A stretch of DNA of 64,000 nt from Clostridia bacterium (GTDB lineage: Bacteria; Bacillota; Clostridia; HGM11514): the NCBI GenBank assembly GCA_045586685.1, contig JAZNAU010000034.1:1-64000 (forward strand), written 5' to 3'. Both the position numbers and the translations under genes were made by a program. Every line of letters starts with the position of its first letter. Positions within the stretch are counted from its first letter, which is position 1. Shown here piece by piece: positions 1 through 10,226 of this stretch. Under the pieces are notes generated by a model. It made no database searches. It saw only the letters and a list, made by a program, of their open reading frames with translations, and was not told where the DNA came from.

Positions 1-10
1 ATATAGCAAA

Positions 11-29
11 GAGACGAGGGAGTTTTTCT
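11..29 (+). promoter_or_regulatory. 3' arm and U-tract of a probable leader terminator (T-box/attenuator) upstream of the ilv-leu operon; 5' part lies outside the window
   Basis: GAGACGAGGGAG followed by TTTTTCT, just before the GGAGG RBS of ilvB. ilv-leu operons in Firmicutes are typically attenuated. The partner arm is not visible. Confidence 0.45.
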
Positions 30-62
30 ATTTTTCGGAATAGATAGGAGGTTACAACAACA

Positions 63-1757
63 ATGAAAATGACAGGTTCACAAATTGTAATTCAGACCTT
101 GATTGAACAAGGGGTTACCGATGTGTTCGGTTATCCTGGCGGTCAGGTGTTAGATATTTATGATGAACTTTATAAGTCGAAGGATTCCATCCGCCACGTG
201 TTAACAGCACATGAACAGGGAGCGGCTCACGCTGCAGACGGGTATTCCCGTGTAACGGGAAAAGTAGGAGTTGTTATTGCAACCTCAGGTCCGGGAGCCA
301 CCAATCTGGTAACCGGGATTGCAACCGCAATGCTTGATTCTATTCCTATGGTTGCCATTACCGGAAATGTACCTTCCTTTATGATTGGAAAAGACAGTTT
401 TCAGGAGGTTAACATTACAGGTGTGACCCTTCCTATTACCAAACATAATTACTTTGTCAGTAATGTGGATGAGTTAGCAGATACCATCCGTGAAGCGTTC
501 CAAATTGCAAAATCAGGGAGACCCGGTCCTGTCTTGATTGACATTCCTAAGGATGTGCAGGTTGCAGAATGTGAATTTGTTTCTAAGGAAGTGGTTCCGT
601 ATTTTGAGCAAGAGGAAGCAAAGGACTCATATATTGACGAAGCGGTTCGATTGATCAACGACTCAAAACGACCTTACATTTACATCGGCGGCGGTGCAGC
701 GGGTGCAGGAATGACAAAAGAGATCAAGAAGTTTGCAGAAAAAATTGATGGATATATTGGTTGTAGCCTAATGGGGTTATCTGCACTTCCTAATTCCTAT
801 TTTAGATTTTTGGGAATGCAGGGAATGCATGGGCAATATGCTTCTTCTATGGCAAACAAGGCGGCGGATCTGATTATCGGTATCGGAGTGCGGTTCAGCG
901 ACCGTGCAACCGGTAACGTAAAAAAGTATGCCAAAGGTGCGAAAATTATTCAACTAGATACTGATATTTCCGAAGTGAACAAAAATGTAAAAGTTGATGT
1001 GGGGATTGTAGGCAATATTGTTTCCTCTTTTGCTAAAATATTAGAAAGATGTGAGGAGAAAAAGCGTCCTCAATGGACCGCTTTTATAGAAGGATTAAAG
1101 AAAGAACAAAGCCAAATTGCCAATGAAACGGAGAATCAATCTGCAGATGCTTTAACACCTAAGAAAATTTTTGATGTTATCAATAGGGTGAAGGACGAAA
1201 ACACCGTTATTGTTACAGATGTAGGACAGCATCAAATGTGGACGGCACAATACGCTCAGTTTGAACGAACCAGAAGATTTGCCTCAAGCGGCGGTCTTGG
1301 AACCATGGGCTACGGCTTTGGTGCCGCAATCGGAGCTCAGGTTGCCAGCGGAGATAAAACAGTACTGATTACAGGAGACGGAAGTTTTGGAATGAACCTG
1401 AATGAAATGGCAACGGCGGTTTCTTACCATCTGCCCATTGTGATTGTGTTAATGAATAACGGAGTGTTGGGAATGGTAAGGCAGTGGCAAACTCTCTTTT
1501 TTGAAAAACGGTATTCTAACACGGTTTTAAACAGAAAAACTGATTTTGTTAAATTATCCGAGGCATTTGGAGCCAAGGGAAAACGGGTACGTACAATCGA
1601 GGAATTTGAAACAGCGTTTCAAGAAGGAATGAAACATAAGGGCCCGTTTTTAATTGATACGATGATTGATATGGATGAACTTGTTCTTCCCATGTTACCA
1701 CCGGGCGGTTCCATTGACGATGTGATTGTTTTAAAAGAGCAGGAGGATGAAGCGTGA
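63..1757 (+). CDS. ilvB: Acetolactate synthase large subunit
   Basis: FGYPGG, HEQGAAHAADG and TSGPGATN motifs; TPP-binding GDGSFGMN...NNG; GGAGG RBS. Confidence 0.97.
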   Translation: MKMTGSQIVIQTLIEQGVTDVFGYPGGQVLDIYDELYKSKDSIRHVLTAHEQGAAHAADGYSRVTGKVGVVIATSGPGATNLVTGIATAMLDSIPMVAITGNVPSFMIGKDSFQEVNITGVTLPITKHNYFVSNVDELADTIREAFQIAKSGRPGPVLIDIPKDVQVAECEFVSKEVVPYFEQEEAKDSYIDEAVRLINDSKRPYIYIGGGAAGAGMTKEIKKFAEKIDGYIGCSLMGLSALPNSYFRFLGMQGMHGQYASSMANKAADLIIGIGVRFSDRATGNVKKYAKGAKIIQLDTDISEVNKNVKVDVGIVGNIVSSFAKILERCEEKKRPQWTAFIEGLKKEQSQIANETENQSADALTPKKIFDVINRVKDENTVIVTDVGQHQMWTAQYAQFERTRRFASSGGLGTMGYGFGAAIGAQVASGDKTVLITGDGSFGMNLNEMATAVSYHLPIVIVLMNNGVLGMVRQWQTLFFEKRYSNTVLNRKTDFVKLSEAFGAKGKRVRTIEEFETAFQEGMKHKGPFLIDTMIDMDELVLPMLPPGGSIDDVIVLKEQEDEA

Positions 1758-2248
1758 AGCGGTTTGTGATTGCAGTATATGTAGAAAATAAATACGGGGT
1801 TTTAGCAAGAGTTTCGGGTATGTTTATGAGAAGGGGATTTAATATTGATTCCTTAACTGTGGGAGAAACGGATGATCCTAACTTTTCCAGAATTACCGTC
1901 ACCATAAACGGGGACGAGTATGCCAGAGAACAGTTGATTAACCAGTTGAAAAAACTGCATAATGTAAAACGGGTGAAACTGTTGGCGAATGATATAACTG
2001 TAGAACGGGAATTGATGCTGATTAAAGTGAAAACATCACCGGAAAACAGAAGCGAAGTAATGGCGGCAACTGAAATTTACCGTGCAAAAATCATTGATTA
2101 CAATACCGATACCATGTGTGTTGAGGTGACGGGAGAACCGTCCAAAATCAATGCTTTTATTGAAGTAATGAAACCTCTTGGAATTGTTGAAATGTGTCGG
2201 ACGGGTGTAGTTGCATTAGAACGGGGTATCAGCATGATGGAAAGATAA
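1754..2248 (+). CDS. ilvN: Acetolactate synthase small (regulatory) subunit
   Basis: ACT domain (VENKYGVLARV..RRGFNIDSL), RELML and C-terminal E..RTG; GTGA overlap with ilvB. Confidence 0.95.
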   Translation: MKRFVIAVYVENKYGVLARVSGMFMRRGFNIDSLTVGETDDPNFSRITVTINGDEYAREQLINQLKKLHNVKRVKLLANDITVERELMLIKVKTSPENRSEVMAATEIYRAKIIDYNTDTMCVEVTGEPSKINAFIEVMKPLGIVEMCRTGVVALERGISMMER

Positions 2249-2262
2249 TCGAGGAGAAAAAC

Positions 2263-3924
2263 ATGAAAAATACATCAAAATATGTGAAACAATTTTTTCC
2301 CATTCAAAATTCAGAAATGAAATGGGCAAAAAAAACTTATATTGATAAGGCGCCCTCCTGGTGCTCTGTTGACCTGAGGGACGGGAATCAATCTTTGATT
2401 GTTCCAATGACTTTGGAAGAAAAATTGGATTTTTTTCGGTTGCTGGTTAAGGTGGGATTTAAAGAAATAGAAGTTGGGTTTCCGGCAGCATCCGAAACGG
2501 AATATACCTTTCTTCGGACGTTGATTGAAAAAAATATGATTCCTGATGATGTAACCGTTCAGGTATTAACGCAAAGTAGAGAACACATTATCAGAAAAAC
2601 CTTTGAATCATTACAGGGATGTAAAAATGCCATTGTTCATTTGTATAATTCCACTTCCTTGGCACAACGGGAGCAAGTGTTCAGAAAATCTAAGGAAGAA
2701 ATTATACAAATTGCGGTAGACGGAGCTAAATTATTTAAAAAAATTGCTGCAGAAACGGGCAGTTCTTATCGTTATGAATATTCACCCGAATCTTTTACGG
2801 GTACGGAACCGGAATTTGCATTGGAAATCTGTAATGCGGTATTGGATGTCTGGAAACCCACGCCTGACAGAAAGGCAATTATAAATCTTCCTGTCACGGT
2901 GGAGCTTTCATCTCCCCATGTTTACGCAAATCAGGTGGAATATATATGTGATAATTTAAACTACAGAGATGCAGTGGAGGTATCTTTGCATCCTCATAAT
3001 GACCGTGGTTGTGCGGTAGCAGACTCAGAATTAGGCTTGTTGGCAGGAGCTGACAGAATTGAAGGGACACTGTTTGGTAACGGTGAACGGACAGGAAATG
3101 TGGATATTGTGACCTTGGCATTGAATATGTATGCCCAAGGTATTGACCCCGGTCTTGATTTTACCAATATGCCCGAAATCACCGAACTTTATGAAAGAGT
3201 AACGGGAATGCATGTATATGAGCGTCAGCCCTATGCGGGAAAACTGGTATTTGCTGCTTTTTCCGGTTCTCATCAGGATGCCATTGCCAAGGGCATGAAA
3301 TGGCGGGATGAAACAAACAGCGATACTTGGACAGTTCCTTATCTGCCCATTGATCCAACCGATGTGGGAAGAGAGTACGAAACAGATGTAATTCGTATCA
3401 ATTCTCAGTCAGGAAAGGGCGGAATCGGATATCTTTTGGAACACAATTTCGGTTATGTTTTACCTGTTAAAATGCGTGAAGATGTGGGGTATACAGTGAA
3501 GAGTGTTTCTGATAAAGAGCATACAGAGCTTTCTCCCCAAGAGGTCTTAGAGGTATTTACCGATTGTTATGTCAATATTAACAATCACATAAAGTTGGTT
3601 GATTATCATTTTGAACGCAAGCCTGAAATGAATGTAACCCTTTCTGTAGAAATTGACGGCGTGGTAAAAGAGTTAAGCGCAGTGGGTAACGGTCGTCTGG
3701 ATGCAGTCAGCAATGCGGTAAAGAAGCAAGTGAATATGGAATTTTCTGATTTGACTTATGAAGAACACGCATTAACGTCGGGTTCTTCTGCACAGGCAAT
3801 TACTTATGTGAGTATTACTCTGAAGGATGGCAAAAAGATATGGGGTGTAGGAATTCACGACGATATTATTGCATCTTCTATCAATGCACTGTTCTCCGCT
3901 ATCAACCGTGGTATGAATCAATAA
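2263..3924 (+). CDS. leuA: 2-isopropylmalate synthase (LeuA type 2)
   Basis: WCSVDLRDGNQ, HPHNDRG, GNGERTGN and FSGSHQDAI motifs; start moved to ATG 2263 behind a GAGGAG RBS. Confidence 0.95.
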   Translation: MKNTSKYVKQFFPIQNSEMKWAKKTYIDKAPSWCSVDLRDGNQSLIVPMTLEEKLDFFRLLVKVGFKEIEVGFPAASETEYTFLRTLIEKNMIPDDVTVQVLTQSREHIIRKTFESLQGCKNAIVHLYNSTSLAQREQVFRKSKEEIIQIAVDGAKLFKKIAAETGSSYRYEYSPESFTGTEPEFALEICNAVLDVWKPTPDRKAIINLPVTVELSSPHVYANQVEYICDNLNYRDAVEVSLHPHNDRGCAVADSELGLLAGADRIEGTLFGNGERTGNVDIVTLALNMYAQGIDPGLDFTNMPEITELYERVTGMHVYERQPYAGKLVFAAFSGSHQDAIAKGMKWRDETNSDTWTVPYLPIDPTDVGREYETDVIRINSQSGKGGIGYLLEHNFGYVLPVKMREDVGYTVKSVSDKEHTELSPQEVLEVFTDCYVNINNHIKLVDYHFERKPEMNVTLSVEIDGVVKELSAVGNGRLDAVSNAVKKQVNMEFSDLTYEEHALTSGSSAQAITYVSITLKDGKKIWGVGIHDDIIASSINALFSAINRGMNQ

Positions 3925-3936
3925 GGAGGTTTTTGT

Positions 3937-5196
3937 ATGGCTATGACAATGACACAAAAAATTTTAGCAGCTCATGCAGGACTGGATCATGTTATTGCAG
4001 GACAGTTAATCAAGGTAAAACTTGATATGGTGTTAGGAAATGATATTACCTCTCCTGTTGCCATTAACGAATTTGAGAAATTTGGATTTAAGGAAGTATT
4101 TGATAAGGAAAAAATTTCTTTGGTCATGGACCATTTTGTACCTAATAAGGATATTAAAGCAGCCCAACAGTCCAAGCAATGCCGCCTTTTTGCGGATGCT
4201 CATAAAATCAAGCATTATTACGATGTAGGAGATATGGGAATCGAGCATGCTTTGCTTCCTGAAAAGGGATTAGTGGGACCTGGAGATGTAGTGATTGGTG
4301 CTGATTCTCATACTTGCACTTACGGTGCATTAGGTGCTTTTTCTACAGGAGTTGGCTCTACGGATATGGCTGCCGGTATGGCGACAGGAGAGGCTTGGTT
4401 TAAAGTGCCTTCTGCTATTTTGGTCAAGCTGGTAGGAAGGTTACAGGAGGGGTGCTCCGGAAAAGATGTTATCCTTCATATTATCGGGAAAATCGGTGTT
4501 GATGGGGCGTTGTACAAATCCATGGAATTTACCGGAGAAGGAATGCACTTGCTGACCATGGATGACCGCCTTTGTATGGCAAATATGGTGATTGAGGCAG
4601 GAGCGAAAAACGGTATCTTTGAAGTGGATGATGTGACTTTAGACTATTATAAGGAACGGATGACTCATCCATATACTGTATTTACCGCTGATGAGGATGC
4701 AGAATATGATGCAGTGATTACTGTGAATCTGTCTGAGATTGAGCCTACTGTTGCCTGTCCCCATTTGCCCGAAAATACCAAAAATGCTTCTGAACTGGCG
4801 CACGTCAAGATTGACCAGTGTGTGATTGGTTCTTGCACCAACGGAAGAATTTCGGATATGGAAATTGCGGCAAAAATATTAGACGGAAAACATATTGCAA
4901 AAGGGGTTCGATGTATTATCATTCCTGCTACTCAGAATATTTATATGGAATGTATCAAACGGGGATATACGGAAATCTTTATTAAAGCCGGATGCGTGGT
5001 ATCAACGCCTACCTGCGGTCCTTGTCTGGGAGGCTATATGGGAATTTTGGCAGAAGATGAGGTTGCCATTGCTACCACAAACCGTAACTTTGTGGGACGA
5101 ATGGGACATGTTACATCAAAAATTTATCTTGCAAGCCCCGCCACAGCAGCGGCATCGGCAATCAAAGGATATATTTGTGACCCTAAAATGGCGTAA
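3937..5196 (+). CDS. leuC: 3-isopropylmalate dehydratase large subunit
   Basis: [18 protein letters not shown] and CGPCLG Fe-S ligands; TNRNF. Confidence 0.95.
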   Translation: MAMTMTQKILAAHAGLDHVIAGQLIKVKLDMVLGNDITSPVAINEFEKFGFKEVFDKEKISLVMDHFVPNKDIKAAQQSKQCRLFADAHKIKHYYDVGDMGIEHALLPEKGLVGPGDVVIGADSHTCTYGALGAFSTGVGSTDMAAGMATGEAWFKVPSAILVKLVGRLQEGCSGKDVILHIIGKIGVDGALYKSMEFTGEGMHLLTMDDRLCMANMVIEAGAKNGIFEVDDVTLDYYKERMTHPYTVFTADEDAEYDAVITVNLSEIEPTVACPHLPENTKNASELAHVKIDQCVIGSCTNGRISDMEIAAKILDGKHIAKGVRCIIIPATQNIYMECIKRGYTEIFIKAGCVVSTPTCGPCLGGYMGILAEDEVAIATTNRNFVGRMGHVTSKIYLASPATAAASAIKGYICDPKMA

Positions 5197-5211
5197 GAAG
5201 GGAGAAGTACA

Positions 5212-5694
5212 ATGATTGCACATGGAACTGTACATCAATACGGAGATAATGTAGATACAGATGTTATTATTCCGGCACGATATCTGAATACAGCAAATCA
5301 CGCAGAACTTGCGGTCCATTGTATGGAGGATATTGATAAGGAATTTGTAAATAAGGTGAAAAAGGGAGATGTTATGGTAGGGGGTGCCAACTTCGGATGC
5401 GGTTCTTCCCGCGAGCACGCACCCATTGCCATTAAAGAAGCGGGAATTTCTGTGGTTATTGCAAAAAGCTTTGCCAGAATTTTTTACCGAAATGCCATCA
5501 ATATCGGTTTGGCAATATTAGAATGTGATGAAGCAAGCGAAAAGATAAGTGCGGGGGACGAAGTGTCGGTGGAGTTTGACACGGGCATGATTACCAATCA
5601 TACCAAGCAGGAAACCTATCAGGCACAGCCTTTTCCGCCTTTTATTCAGGAAATTATTAGGAAGGGCGGTTTGCTGAAATCAATTTCTGAGTAA
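5212..5694 (+). CDS. leuD: 3-isopropylmalate dehydratase small subunit
   Basis: [27 protein letters not shown]. Confidence 0.95.
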   Translation: MIAHGTVHQYGDNVDTDVIIPARYLNTANHAELAVHCMEDIDKEFVNKVKKGDVMVGGANFGCGSSREHAPIAIKEAGISVVIAKSFARIFYRNAINIGLAILECDEASEKISAGDEVSVEFDTGMITNHTKQETYQAQPFPPFIQEIIRKGGLLKSISE

Positions 5695-5706
5695 GGAGTG
5701 GATAGG

Positions 5707-6780
5707 ATGAATAAGAAAATTGCAGTATTACCAGGCGACGGAATCGGTCCTGAAATTGTTAAAGAAGCAATTAAGATATTAAATAAAATCGAAGAAAAAT
5801 ACAATCATTCTTTTCAATATGATTATGTGGATATTGGCGGCTGTGCTATTGTTAAGTACGGCGTGCCCATTACTGAGGAAGGGATGAAAATCTGCAAAAA
5901 TTCTGACAGTGTTTTGCTGGGAGCGGTAGGCGGGCCTAAATGGGATAGCTGTCCTGCGGAGATTCGGCCCGAAAAAGCATTATTGGCAGTGAGGAAGGAA
6001 TTGGGTCTGTTTGCCAATTTGCGCCCTACAAAACTGTTTCCTCAGTTGGCAGATTCCTCGCCTTTAAAGAAGGAAATTACGGGGAATGGCATTGATTTGT
6101 TGATTGTTCGAGAACTGACGGGAGGAGTATATTTCGGTCAGAAGAAGACAGAAGAAGTCAACGGAGAGTTGGTTGCAACTGATATTATGCCTTATTCCGA
6201 GGGTGAGATTGAGAGAATAGGGAAGGTTGCATTTGAAACTGCCTTAAAACGCGGAAAAAGATTAGCTTCGGTTGATAAGGCAAATGTGTTGGAAACTTCA
6301 AGGCTGTGGAGAAAAACCATGCACCGTCTTGCCCAAGAATACAGCCAGGTGGAATACAGCGATATTTTGGTGGATAATGCTGCAATGCAGTTGATTAAAC
6401 ATCCCACTCAGTTTGATGTATTGGTAACGGAGAATATGTTTGGCGATATTTTATCGGATGAAGCCTCTATGCTGACAGGTTCTATTGGTATGATGCCCTC
6501 AGCCTCTCTTTCTTCTACAACACTGGGGATGTATGAGCCAATTCATGGCTCTGCTCCTGATATTGCAGGAAAGAATCTGGCAAATCCACTGGGCACCATA
6601 CTATCAGTCGCCATGATGCTTCGCTACTCTTTTTCTATGGCAGAGGAGGCGGAGTGCATAGAACAGGCTGTTAATCATGTGCTTGACGAAGGATACAGAA
6701 CAGCAGATATTATGCAGGAGGGTTGTAAAAAGGTATCCTGTTCCGAGATGGGAGATCAGGTAATGTTACATCTTCAATAA
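5707..6780 (+). CDS. leuB: 3-isopropylmalate dehydrogenase
   Basis: [28 protein letters not shown]; ATG 5707 chosen for RBS spacing. Confidence 0.96.
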   Translation: MNKKIAVLPGDGIGPEIVKEAIKILNKIEEKYNHSFQYDYVDIGGCAIVKYGVPITEEGMKICKNSDSVLLGAVGGPKWDSCPAEIRPEKALLAVRKELGLFANLRPTKLFPQLADSSPLKKEITGNGIDLLIVRELTGGVYFGQKKTEEVNGELVATDIMPYSEGEIERIGKVAFETALKRGKRLASVDKANVLETSRLWRKTMHRLAQEYSQVEYSDILVDNAAMQLIKHPTQFDVLVTENMFGDILSDEASMLTGSIGMMPSASLSSTTLGMYEPIHGSAPDIAGKNLANPLGTILSVAMMLRYSFSMAEEAECIEQAVNHVLDEGYRTADIMQEGCKKVSCSEMGDQVMLHLQ

Positions 6781-6783
6781 TAA

Positions 6784-6807
6784 AAAGGGCTATTTGCATA
6801 GCCCTTT
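6784..6807. terminator. Bidirectional intrinsic terminator between leuB and the AraC gene
   Basis: AAAGGGCTAT-ttgc-ATAGCCCTTT perfect 10-bp stem with A/T tails between convergent genes. Confidence 0.85.
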
Positions 6808-7624
6808 ATTTTCTGTATTCGCTTGCAGATTTTCCTTTTAACCGTTTAAATATACGGGAAAAATGACCATAATCAGAAAAACCGACTGCATAAGCAATAG
6901 AGGTGATAGGCATGTTTGTTTCTTTCAACATACGGCAAGCTTCGTTAATTCGGTAATTTCTTATATAAGTGGCAATACTGCAATTTAAATATTTATTTGC
7001 AATACTGTAAAGACGAGTTCTTTTTATATGAAAAACGGAGCAAATATCCTCCGCTGTAATTGTATAGGAAATATTGTCTTTAATATATTGGTCTATTTGG
7101 CTGATGAATTCATTTTTGGCAGGGGTCACCCATTCGTTAGAAAGGAAATATGCTGAAAGCGATTTTAAAACAGTAATACACGCATCAAGCTCTTCCAATG
7201 TTTTGACAGGAATGTTGTCTATTGCGTTATAGATCCCCGGAAAACTTTCATCGGTAAAATTTTGTTTTAAAAGCCGGCGGGTTTTTTCTGCAGTATTTTC
7301 AGTAAGAACCTGTCCGAACATAACGAATCCAAGAGTTTCTCCTTTGTCGCATATCGGTGCAATCGCTTCAGATAAACCTAAATGACATTTGTAATAGATA
7401 TCCTTTTTCGACTTTGAACAGGCATCAAAATTTGCATAGTCACAATCTTTACACTTTTGACTCCATAGTGAATTTTTATCAATAATTCTGCAAAATTCAA
7501 TATCCTCTTCAGGATATGACAATAAACGCTTACCATTGTTATCGTACAAAACGATTTTTATCTTGGTAAGAGTGTGAAAATCCTGAAAAGCTTTATTTAA
7601 ATTTTCTATATTTAGATTCAACAT
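6806..7624 (-). CDS. AraC-family regulator with N-terminal PocR-like sensory domain
   Basis: FC..I...C..CD and Y.CHLGL.EAIAPI...GFVMFGQ (PocR); C-terminal IAYAVGFSDYGHFSRIFK (AraC HTH). Confidence 0.9.
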   Translation of the reverse strand: MLNLNIENLNKAFQDFHTLTKIKIVLYDNNGKRLLSYPEEDIEFCRIIDKNSLWSQKCKDCDYANFDACSKSKKDIYYKCHLGLSEAIAPICDKGETLGFVMFGQVLTENTAEKTRRLLKQNFTDESFPGIYNAIDNIPVKTLEELDACITVLKSLSAYFLSNEWVTPAKNEFISQIDQYIKDNISYTITAEDICSVFHIKRTRLYSIANKYLNCSIATYIRNYRINEACRMLKETNMPITSIAYAVGFSDYGHFSRIFKRLKGKSASEYRK

Positions 7625-7639
7625 AGTATCACCATAAAA

Positions 7640-7668
7640 ATTATATCAAAACTCGCAAAAAAAATCAA
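7640..7668 (-). promoter_or_regulatory. SigA promoter of the AraC gene
   Basis: Minus strand TTGATT-17bp-TATAAT with extended TG. Confidence 0.6.
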
Positions 7669-7783
7669 TAAAATATTAAAAAAATATTCGCATGCGAACA
7701 AATATTACATAAAATAGACAAATTTATCTTTTATTTAGCTTTTATATAATGTAAAATAGAATTAAAATGGAGGTAGGAATCAT

Positions 7784-8800
7784 ATGAAATTTAACGGAAA
7801 GGATTTTGCCGATATTTCGCCATATGTAGGAAATATGTATCAATTATTTGGCACACGTCATTACCAGCTTACCGAAGGCGCAAGTAACGGATGCAGATGT
7901 ATTGATGTCCGTACAGGCAGTGGTTTGGAATATACTGTGGTGTGCGATCGTGGTCTTGATATATCGTTGGCGGCATACAAAGGAATCAATTTAGTATTTC
8001 TTACTCAAAATGCGGAATCAAATCCTTCAAATTATAATCCACATGATTCTGAGTGGTTGCGTACATTTTCAGCAGGATTGCTTACAACCTGCGGGCCTCG
8101 AAATCTAGGTTCTCCCTGTGAAGATAACGGTGAAGAATTAGGACTTCACGGCAGATGGAGTTCACTTAGCGCAAAGCAGGTGAATGATTTTGTTGATACA
8201 GATAAGGGAGAAATACGAATCAGCGGTACATTAAATGATGCGGTTACAATGGGGCACAAGCTTAGTATTCGCAGAACTATATCTTCTCAGATTGGACAAT
8301 CTGTGATTGTAATTGATGATGAAATAAAAAATGAGGGAAGCAGACCGGAACCTCTTAATGTATTGTATCACATAAATTTCGGTTATCCCTTCTTGGATGA
8401 AAATACAAAAATAGAAATTCCATCTAAAACTTCTTGCGGGTATGATGAGTATACAAACGAGCGAATCAGTGAAATATCATCTATGAAAAAGCCATATGCG
8501 TATGCTAATGAAAAAAATTATTTGCATACTTTTGACGGCGGACAGATAACAGCAAAGGTATATAATCCGACTTTATTTGGCGGATTGAGTGTATATATTC
8601 AATTTAATTCAGAGGTTTTACCCTATATGACTCAATGGGTGCTGGAAGATTATAAGGATTATGTTTTGGCAATCGAACCGGCAAATGTACCGTGTGAGTC
8701 AAGAAATATACTTCGTAAAAAAAGTATTTTTCCTGAAATTGCACCCGGAGAGACAAAGAAATTCCATGTAGAAATTAAAATCGCTTCAGATGAAGCGTAA
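7784..8800 (+). CDS. Aldose 1-epimerase/galactose mutarotase-like protein (DUF4432)
   Basis: DRGLDI, GLLTTCG, GLHG, LYHINFG and AIEP motifs. Confidence 0.8.
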   Translation: MKFNGKDFADISPYVGNMYQLFGTRHYQLTEGASNGCRCIDVRTGSGLEYTVVCDRGLDISLAAYKGINLVFLTQNAESNPSNYNPHDSEWLRTFSAGLLTTCGPRNLGSPCEDNGEELGLHGRWSSLSAKQVNDFVDTDKGEIRISGTLNDAVTMGHKLSIRRTISSQIGQSVIVIDDEIKNEGSRPEPLNVLYHINFGYPFLDENTKIEIPSKTSCGYDEYTNERISEISSMKKPYAYANEKNYLHTFDGGQITAKVYNPTLFGGLSVYIQFNSEVLPYMTQWVLEDYKDYVLAIEPANVPCESRNILRKKSIFPEIAPGETKKFHVEIKIASDEA

Positions 8801-8828
8801 AATTATATTAAAAAAGGAGTTAAGAAAA

Positions 8829-10208
8829 ATGGTACAATCAAAAGCGGCATTTGTAGTGTATGGTGTTCACAAGGACGGACTTCGTGATCCCGACGGAAAT
8901 CTTTTTATTGATGAAGGTCTTATTCTCAATTCAAAAGAAGCATTAAAAAATCAGGGGGTTGAACTTGTAACACCTGAGCTCATTGTAGCAACGAAACAAG
9001 AAGCAAAAGAAATTATTCTTCCTCTTGCGAAGGATGACAGTATTGATACTCTCGTTCTGTTTTCCGGAACATGGGTATGGGCAGCACATATGATAGCTGC
9101 AGTACGTGAATTTGCAAAAACAGGCAAGGGAATTGTTATTTGGACTCACGACGGTTCACAGGGATGGCGTCCGGTTGGCGGTCTTGTGCTTAGCGCAGCA
9201 CTGAACGAAGTTGGAATCAAGCATAAATTTATTTATGGCGGTGCGGACGATATCACTACAGTGAAAAGAGTTGCTAACTACTGCAAAGCATCTGCACTGA
9301 AAAAGAGCATGGAAATGACTACACTTCGTTCATTTGGCGGACGCGGTATGGGTCAGACTTGCGGTGTTGCAGACCCATCACAGTGGATGCGTATGTTCGG
9401 AATTGATATTGATTCACGGGATACATACGAGCTTATTGAAACTGCAAAAAATATTCCTCAGGCTGAAGTAGATAAAGTCTGTGATTATATTGATGCAAAC
9501 TTTAAATCCAAAGTAGAACGTAATGACGGAAATTATCGTTCAATACGTCTGTATCTTGCTCTTAAAGCACTGAAGGAAAAAGACGGATTTGATTATTATG
9601 CAATTCAGTCCTTCCCCGGCATGGGCGATTATTATGCTGCAACTTGCTTTGCACAAAGTATGATGCTTAACGACGGAGTACCGACCTCCACACTGTCTGA
9701 TTTTAACACTTGCTTAACTTCGATAATGATTATGGGTCTTAGCAAAGAACCTATCTATTACGGAGACCTCCAGCATGCAGACAAAAAGACTGGAGAAATT
9801 AAAATTATCGGAGACGGTGCGATTCCTCCTTGCCTTGCAAATGAAGATGGTGTTTATCTTGCAGGCCATGGTATTCCTACAGAAGGAGAAGCAGGCGGTC
9901 TTTCAATCGATCTCGTATGCAAGAGCGGAAAAGGTGTTATTGCACGTTTGAGCCGTGTCAATGGCGAATTTAAAATTGTTGTTGCTCGCTGTGAAGTTGT
10001 TCAGCCTGCAAAAGAAGAGCTTGACAAACGTCGTCATGAATGCGGTATTCCTTTCTGGCCTCATGCATTTGTTAAGGTTGATGGCGATGTTGGTGAAATT
10101 ATCGAAAACTGGAACAATGAATACGGATGCCTGGGCTACGGCGAAGACCTTTATGACCAGATTGTTGCTTTTGGTGAGCTGATGGGTATTGAAGTTGTTG
10201 CATTTTAA
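8829..10208 (+). CDS. L-fucose isomerase-fold sugar isomerase-like protein, substrate unknown
   Basis: FGGRGMG, Q-S-F, YGD and WPHAF motifs; C-terminal W...YG.......LMGI like FucI; start at ATG 8829 after AAAGGAG. Confidence 0.72.
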   Translation: MVQSKAAFVVYGVHKDGLRDPDGNLFIDEGLILNSKEALKNQGVELVTPELIVATKQEAKEIILPLAKDDSIDTLVLFSGTWVWAAHMIAAVREFAKTGKGIVIWTHDGSQGWRPVGGLVLSAALNEVGIKHKFIYGGADDITTVKRVANYCKASALKKSMEMTTLRSFGGRGMGQTCGVADPSQWMRMFGIDIDSRDTYELIETAKNIPQAEVDKVCDYIDANFKSKVERNDGNYRSIRLYLALKALKEKDGFDYYAIQSFPGMGDYYAATCFAQSMMLNDGVPTSTLSDFNTCLTSIMIMGLSKEPIYYGDLQHADKKTGEIKIIGDGAIPPCLANEDGVYLAGHGIPTEGEAGGLSIDLVCKSGKGVIARLSRVNGEFKIVVARCEVVQPAKEELDKRRHECGIPFWPHAFVKVDGDVGEIIENWNNEYGCLGYGEDLYDQIVAFGELMGIEVVAF

Positions 10209-10226
10209 TAGAAGGGAGCTTGGACT

